This document shows positions 58,964 through 64,000 of a DNA stretch of 64,000 bases, piece by piece. The notes under the pieces are model-generated. The model searched no databases, had not been told where the DNA came from, and was given only the letters and a program-made list of their open reading frames with translations. Position numbers and translations under genes: made by a program. The first letter of the stretch is position 1. The number at the start of each line of letters is the position of its first letter. This stretch comes from Burkholderiales bacterium (GTDB lineage: Bacteria; Patescibacteriota; Minisyncoccia; Phycocordibacterales; UBA9973), in contig JAMPXW010000002.1 of NCBI GenBank assembly GCA_023701005.1, positions 113,053 to 177,052 of the forward strand. The letters are read 5' to 3'.

Positions 58964-60715
58964 ATGGAAAATCTTTATAATAGAATATTAAATTTTTTGC
59001 CGTCAAAAAATGAAATAAAGAAAGCTATCTCTTGTTTTACAAAAAGAGAATATTTTGTATTTATAATCTTCGTAGTTGTTTTTATAATAAGCACCCTAGC
59101 TATATTACAAAATATAAATAAATCACTAATGGTAAAGGTTGCCTTAAAAGGAGGCACAATTAGCGAAGGCATAGTAGGTACTCCTCGTTTTGTGAATCCT
59201 GCATTGGCTACATCTTCTGCTGACCAAGACCTAGTATCTCTCATATATTCTGGATTAATGAGAAAAAATTCTGATGGAACTTTAACTCTTGATTTAGCAG
59301 AAAAATATGAAGTATCAAAAGATGGATTAACTTATACTTTTACTTTAAAAGAAAATATTTATTTCCATGATGAAAAAGAAATAACTACCGATGATATTAT
59401 ATTTACTATAAAAACTATCAAAGACCCTGAAACAAAAAGTCTCAAAAAAGGCAATTGGGATGGAGTCAACGTAGAAAAAATAGATGAAAAAACAATCACA
59501 TTCACTTTGAAACAACCCTATGCGTCATTTTTAGAAAATACTACATTAGGTATAATGCCAGCACATATATGGGCAAATTCCCCTATAGAGCTCAGTGAAG
59601 CAAATACAAAACCAATAGGATCAGGACCATTTATGGTAGAAACTGTAAACAAACAATCAAATGGATTGATAGATTATTATGAATTAATTCCATTTAAAAA
59701 ATTTAAATTAGGAGAACCTTTCATAGAAAAACTAACTTTACAATTTTATCCAAATGAAGAAGAACAAATAGCAGCATTGGAAAGTGGAGAAGTAGATCAA
59801 ATAAGTTCCATAACTCCATCAAATGCTCAAATATTGAAAGCCAAAAATTATAGAGTCGAGTCTCTCACCTTACCTAGAGTATTTGGACTTTTCTTTAATC
59901 AAAGTCAAAATCAAATATTCACAAACAAACGTGTTATAGAAGCTATGGATTTAGCAATAAACAAAGATGCCCTAGTACGTACTGTGCTCTTTGGATATGG
60001 AGTAGCGATAGATACACCGATACCTCCAAATATGATAAATTATCAAAAATTAAACAAAGAAGAAGACTTATTGCATTCTGAGAGAGTAGAGAAAGCGCAA
60101 AGTCTTCTAGAGAAAGATGGTTGGCAAAGAGGAGCTGATGGATTCTTAGAAAAAACAACAGTAGACAAAAAGAAAAAGAAAAGTACTTCTTATTTAGAAT
60201 TTTCAATATCTACAGGAAACGCACCAGAATTGGTAAAATCAGCAGAATTGATTAAACAAGATTTAGAATCTATCGGAATGAAAGTCACTCTCAAAACTTT
60301 TGAAATTGGAAACTTAAACCAAAGTGTCATACGTCCCCGCAAATATGATGCCTTGCTATTTGGACAAATTATCAATCATGAATCTGATCTTTTTGCATTT
60401 TGGCATTCTTCACAAAGAAAAGATCCAGGCCTTAATGTAGCAATGTATACCAATGCGAAAGTAGACAAAATTTTAGAAGACGCATTTATCACAGTCGATG
60501 AAAAATCAAGAATAAAAAAATATGCTCAATTTGAAGACGAAATAAAAAAAGATATGCCTGCTGTATTTTTATATAGTCCAGACTTTGTATATATCGTTTC
60601 AAAAAATATTCAAGGATTTACAATGGATCACATTATCACATCTTCAGATAGATTTTCTAATTCATATCTCTGGTACACAAAAACAGATAATGTTTGGAAA
60701 ATATTTGCTGAATAA
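58964..60715 (+). CDS. ABC-transporter substrate-binding protein, family 5 (peptide/nickel type), membrane-anchored
   Basis: 'LKGGTISEGIVGTPRFVNPALATSSADQDLVSLIYSGLM' SBP_bac_5 N-terminal motif; 583 aa. Confidence 0.65.
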   Translation: MENLYNRILNFLPSKNEIKKAISCFTKREYFVFIIFVVVFIISTLAILQNINKSLMVKVALKGGTISEGIVGTPRFVNPALATSSADQDLVSLIYSGLMRKNSDGTLTLDLAEKYEVSKDGLTYTFTLKENIYFHDEKEITTDDIIFTIKTIKDPETKSLKKGNWDGVNVEKIDEKTITFTLKQPYASFLENTTLGIMPAHIWANSPIELSEANTKPIGSGPFMVETVNKQSNGLIDYYELIPFKKFKLGEPFIEKLTLQFYPNEEEQIAALESGEVDQISSITPSNAQILKAKNYRVESLTLPRVFGLFFNQSQNQIFTNKRVIEAMDLAINKDALVRTVLFGYGVAIDTPIPPNMINYQKLNKEEDLLHSERVEKAQSLLEKDGWQRGADGFLEKTTVDKKKKKSTSYLEFSISTGNAPELVKSAELIKQDLESIGMKVTLKTFEIGNLNQSVIRPRKYDALLFGQIINHESDLFAFWHSSQRKDPGLNVAMYTNAKVDKILEDAFITVDEKSRIKKYAQFEDEIKKDMPAVFLYSPDFVYIVSKNIQGFTMDHIITSSDRFSNSYLWYTKTDNVWKIFAE

Positions 60716-60748
60716 ACCTAACTAATTATTAAAAAATAATAAACAAAA

Positions 60749-62695
60749 ATGAGAAAAAATAGACTATCTTTTAGCTCTGTCATGATGGAAGAGAAAAAGG
60801 AAAATAAAACAGAACAAAAGAATCCATCTACGGAAGGACATAACGATATAAATACGAAACGCCATCAAACAACTGGCACAAAAAAGAAACTTATAAAAAG
60901 TTCAACGTATCAATATACCAAAAAGAAATTTGGACCATCCAAAAATAACAATCGCCCTTTTGGTGATAAAAATAAATTTAAAAACACCACAGATAATAAA
61001 ATACCCGCACCACAAGAAGGAGTCATAAGAATAATCCCACTAGGTGGAGTAGAAGAAATAGGCAAAAATATGACAGCTATTGAAATAGGAGACGACATAA
61101 TCGTCGTAGACGCTGGTATGCACTTTTCGAACGAAGAAACTCCTGGAGTAGATTATGTTATTCCCAATACTACATATCTAGAAGAACACAAAGAAAAAAT
61201 TCGTGGCTTATTCATAACTCATGGACACTTAGATCATATAGGAGGAGTACCTTTAGTACTTTCACGTATAGGCAATCCCCCAGTATATGCACGAAAACTA
61301 TCAATGCTATTAATGAAAAAGAGGCAAGCCGAATTTCCTCAATTGCCAGCCATCAAAGAAAATATCGTAGAAAAAGATGAGGTTGTCACTTGTGGAAAAA
61401 TAAAAATAAGATTTTTTGGAGTCACACACACCATTCCTGATTCTATGGGGATAATCATAGAAACCAAAAACGGCTGGATAGTCACTCCTGGTGATTACAA
61501 GCTTGACCAAGTAGATGGAATAGTATCGCCAGAAGAAGAAAAAGAATATTCAATCTTTGATAAAGCTAAAGTTCTTCTTTTAATGACAGATTCTACAAAT
61601 ATAGAAAATGAAGGATTTTCTTTGCCAGAAATAAAAGTTCATCAAGGGTTGGAAAATCTAATCAGGAAAGTTAATGGGCGTATTATTATCGCAGCTTTTG
61701 CTTCTCATATCACACGTCTCACCCATGTCGTCAAAGTAGCAGAAAATCTTGGAAAGAAAATAGCCATAGATGGACGTTCAATGAAAACAAATATTGATGT
61801 GGCCATAGAAGCAGGTTATTTCAAGCCTAAAAAAGATACAATAATTCCAATAGAAGAAGCAGACAAATACCCTCCTAGTAAAGTCGTGATCCTTATGACA
61901 GGTTCACAAGGAGAAGAATTTGCAGCTTTAAGTAGGGCTGCAAATAAGTCACACACAAAATTTGCTATCAAAAAAGGAGACACTATTATCCTCTCTTCTT
62001 CCGTCGTTCCAGGGAATGAAATAAAAGTTCAAAGAATCAAAGATAACTTATCTCGACAAGGAGTCAAAATAATAAGTTACCGAACAGCTGGAGAAGATTT
62101 TATCCATGCGACAGGTCACGGAAACAAAGAAGACGTTAGATGGCTTCATAGGAAGACTCATCCAAAATTCTTTATTCCAATTCATGGCAATCATTTTATG
62201 CTAGAACTTCACAAAGAATTAGCTTTAGAATTAGGAATGTCTGAAGAAAGAATCGCAGTTCCTGACAATGGATCGATCATAGAAATATCAGCTGATGGAG
62301 AAAAGATATCAACCAGAAAAGAGAAAGCTCCTTCTGCACCTATGATGGTAGACGGTTTTGCTATTTCTGATGTACAAGATGTCGTCATCAGAGACAGACA
62401 AATGCTCGCCCAAGATGGAATGTTTGTTATCATTGCTCTTGTCGATCAAAAAACAGGCAAGTTGAAAAAATCTCCAGACTTAATTTCTAGGGGTTTCGTT
62501 TATTTGAAAGAAAACCAAGAACTCTTGAGACAAGTAAGAATAATAATCAAAAAAAGTGTTGAAGAGGTGTCTATGAAAAATAATGCTATTGATTTGGATT
62601 ATATAAAAGCTAACTTGGGAGAAACAGTATCTAAATTCTTATATCAAAAAACAGCCAAAAGACCATTAGTCATACCAGTAGTTTTGAGTATATAA
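60749..62695 (+). CDS. rnj: ribonuclease J (beta-CASP MBL RNase) with ~90-aa Lys-rich N-terminal extension
   Basis: 'IRIIPLGGVEEIGKNMTAIEIGDDIIVVDAG', 'HGHLDHIGG' MBL motif, beta-CASP region. Confidence 0.8.
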   Translation: MRKNRLSFSSVMMEEKKENKTEQKNPSTEGHNDINTKRHQTTGTKKKLIKSSTYQYTKKKFGPSKNNNRPFGDKNKFKNTTDNKIPAPQEGVIRIIPLGGVEEIGKNMTAIEIGDDIIVVDAGMHFSNEETPGVDYVIPNTTYLEEHKEKIRGLFITHGHLDHIGGVPLVLSRIGNPPVYARKLSMLLMKKRQAEFPQLPAIKENIVEKDEVVTCGKIKIRFFGVTHTIPDSMGIIIETKNGWIVTPGDYKLDQVDGIVSPEEEKEYSIFDKAKVLLLMTDSTNIENEGFSLPEIKVHQGLENLIRKVNGRIIIAAFASHITRLTHVVKVAENLGKKIAIDGRSMKTNIDVAIEAGYFKPKKDTIIPIEEADKYPPSKVVILMTGSQGEEFAALSRAANKSHTKFAIKKGDTIILSSSVVPGNEIKVQRIKDNLSRQGVKIISYRTAGEDFIHATGHGNKEDVRWLHRKTHPKFFIPIHGNHFMLELHKELALELGMSEERIAVPDNGSIIEISADGEKISTRKEKAPSAPMMVDGFAISDVQDVVIRDRQMLAQDGMFVIIALVDQKTGKLKKSPDLISRGFVYLKENQELLRQVRIIIKKSVEEVSMKNNAIDLDYIKANLGETVSKFLYQKTAKRPLVIPVVLSI

Positions 62696-62697
62696 AT

Positions 62698-63852
62698 ATG
62701 CAAATGAAACATAATAGAAAAATAATATTTCTCGCAGGATTTTTATTTTCTATACCGGTAGCTTTAGTTTCATATATAAACTCAAGCTATCTAGAAACAT
62801 ACATCGACAAAAATTATGTAGGTATTATATACATAGTGGCATCTACTGTAGCAATATTAGGTTTACTTAAGATGCCTAAAGCTCTTAATATTTTTGGTAA
62901 TCGTTTAACAATACTTTTATCTTTCTTGTTAACATTTTCCTCTCTTATTTTATTAGCGACTACAAGCAATATATTGGTAGCTATTCCTGCTTTTGTTGTT
63001 TATTTTGCTTCAATTAGTTTTATAATTTTCTCTTTAGACATATTTATTGAAGATTTTTCAAAAGATTCTTCGGTCGGTTCATTAAGAGGATTATATCTAA
63101 CCATAATAAACATAGCTTGGATAATATCTCAAATAATTTCTGGCTCTGTTATAAACAATACTTCCCTATCAAAAATATACTTAATAAGTGCAGGGTTTAT
63201 TTTTGTAGGCATGTTAATATTTGTTTTCTTTTTACGAAATTTTAAAGATCCAGAGTATAAAAAAATATCAGTACTAAAGACTCTCAAGTCTTTTATCGAA
63301 AACAAAAATATCTCAAAAATATATTTAAGTAGCCTAATATTACAATTTTTTTATGCTTGGATGATAATATACACACCAATATATCTTCATGAATATATGA
63401 ATTTTAGTTGGGATAAAATCGGTGTTATATTTTCAATTATGTTGATACCTTTTATCCTTCTAGATTATCCTCTAGGCAAATTATCTGACAAAATTGGAGA
63501 GAAAAAAATGTTAAATATAGGATTTATAATAATTTTTATTTCTGTTTTTTGTATACCATTTTTAAAAGAATCTTCTGTATTAATTTGGGCAATGATATTA
63601 TTTATGACAAGAGTTGGAGCAGCTACAATAGAAATAATGAATGAAGCTTATTTCTTTAAAAATGTAAAAGAAGAAAACGCTGATGAAATCAGTTTTTATC
63701 GTAATGCTTCACCTTTTGCTTATATAATAGCTCCTCTCCTCGCAGTACCTATCTTGTTTTTAATCCCCTCTTTTAAATATTTATTCTTTGTACTAAGCGC
63801 AATATTACTCTCTGGATTCTTTATCTCTCTCAGAATAAAAGATGTAAAGTAA
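62698..63852 (+). CDS. multi-TM transporter, MFS-like
   Basis: 384 aa, ~10-12 predicted TM helices; no specific family motif. Confidence 0.45.
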   Translation: MQMKHNRKIIFLAGFLFSIPVALVSYINSSYLETYIDKNYVGIIYIVASTVAILGLLKMPKALNIFGNRLTILLSFLLTFSSLILLATTSNILVAIPAFVVYFASISFIIFSLDIFIEDFSKDSSVGSLRGLYLTIINIAWIISQIISGSVINNTSLSKIYLISAGFIFVGMLIFVFFLRNFKDPEYKKISVLKTLKSFIENKNISKIYLSSLILQFFYAWMIIYTPIYLHEYMNFSWDKIGVIFSIMLIPFILLDYPLGKLSDKIGEKKMLNIGFIIIFISVFCIPFLKESSVLIWAMILFMTRVGAATIEIMNEAYFFKNVKEENADEISFYRNASPFAYIIAPLLAVPILFLIPSFKYLFFVLSAILLSGFFISLRIKDVK

Positions 63853-64000
63853 TTATTCTTTGGCAGCTTCTAATTTTACTTGAACACTTTTTTCTATACC
63901 TTTATGTAATATTCTTAAAGTTACGACACTCCCTATTATCTTTTGTCTGATAACAGAAGCCAAAGTTGTATTAGAATCTAATTTAACTCCATCTACTTCA
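63853..64000 (-). CDS. 3' end of an HtrA/Do-like serine protease gene (C-terminal PDZ domain), continues beyond window
   Basis: minus-strand translation '...EVDGVKLDSNTTLASVIRQKIIGSVVTLRILHKGIEKSVQVKLEAAKE*' matches HtrA PDZ tail. Confidence 0.45.
   Translation of the reverse strand, partial: EVDGVKLDSNTTLASVIRQKIIGSVVTLRILHKGIEKSVQVKLEAAKE

Overview
AT-rich (~30 % GC), gene-dense window from a small-genome bacterium. It looks CPR/Patescibacteria-like: compact housekeeping proteins (AlaRS 547 aa, IF-2 506 aa, MurE 419 aa), very few Shine-Dalgarno sequences, and a divergent 16S.

Core content, start to end:
- ftsA/pilM-like gene, a short alaS, MgtC-family gene, mnmA (plus a diverged in-frame fragment copy of mnmA in its own leader), DnaQ-like exonuclease, mltG.
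- HARE-HTH/sigma-region-4 protein, typA/bipA, TerC, an orphan receiver, tRNA-Tyr with a partial 3'-end direct repeat nearby, and a tandem-receiver protein.
- clpB, a catalytically dead HtrA-like membrane protein, and a cysteine desulfurase carrying an in-frame GC-rich 38-nt palindromic insertion.
- DUF4446-infB-rbfA, then a tRNA cluster (Cys-Leu-[tRNA-Lys 5' pseudo-fragment]-Lys-Leu) closed by a 38-bp perfect palindrome.
- An accessory-looking locus driven by two near-identical TTGACT-N17-TATACT promoters: a low-complexity secreted protein, an SPFH-like gene behind a 14-bp-stem structured leader, and four paralogous VirB2/TrbC-like two-TM pilin-like genes plus a 530-aa FN3-repeat protein fused to the same pilin-like module and an SBP-like protein. 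No T4SS ATPase is present.
- Methyltransferase, gyrA, a UPF0173 hydrolase, and rpsA preceded by a candidate small RNA/attenuator.
- A phage-tail-fibre-like surface protein flanked by two identical GC-rich terminators, next to a glucosaminidase-like hydrolase.
- A minus-strand block murE-[557-aa Cys-rich zinc-ribbon protein]-murD-murC.
- A run of five nucleotide house-cleaning genes (MazG-like x2, NUDIX x2, cytidine deaminase), then secA and ddl next to an ATP-grasp ligase.
- A stand-alone 16S rRNA on the minus strand with no 23S downstream and an apparently non-canonical 3' tail.
- Two very large PKD/CARDB/FN3/dockerin/PG-binding surface proteins, a deoxyhypusine-synthase-like gene, secG, a family-5 SBP, RNase J, an MFS-like transporter and a partial HtrA C-terminus.
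- Two Lys-rich micro-ORFs, each followed by a terminator.

No CRISPR array, integrase or transposase was seen.
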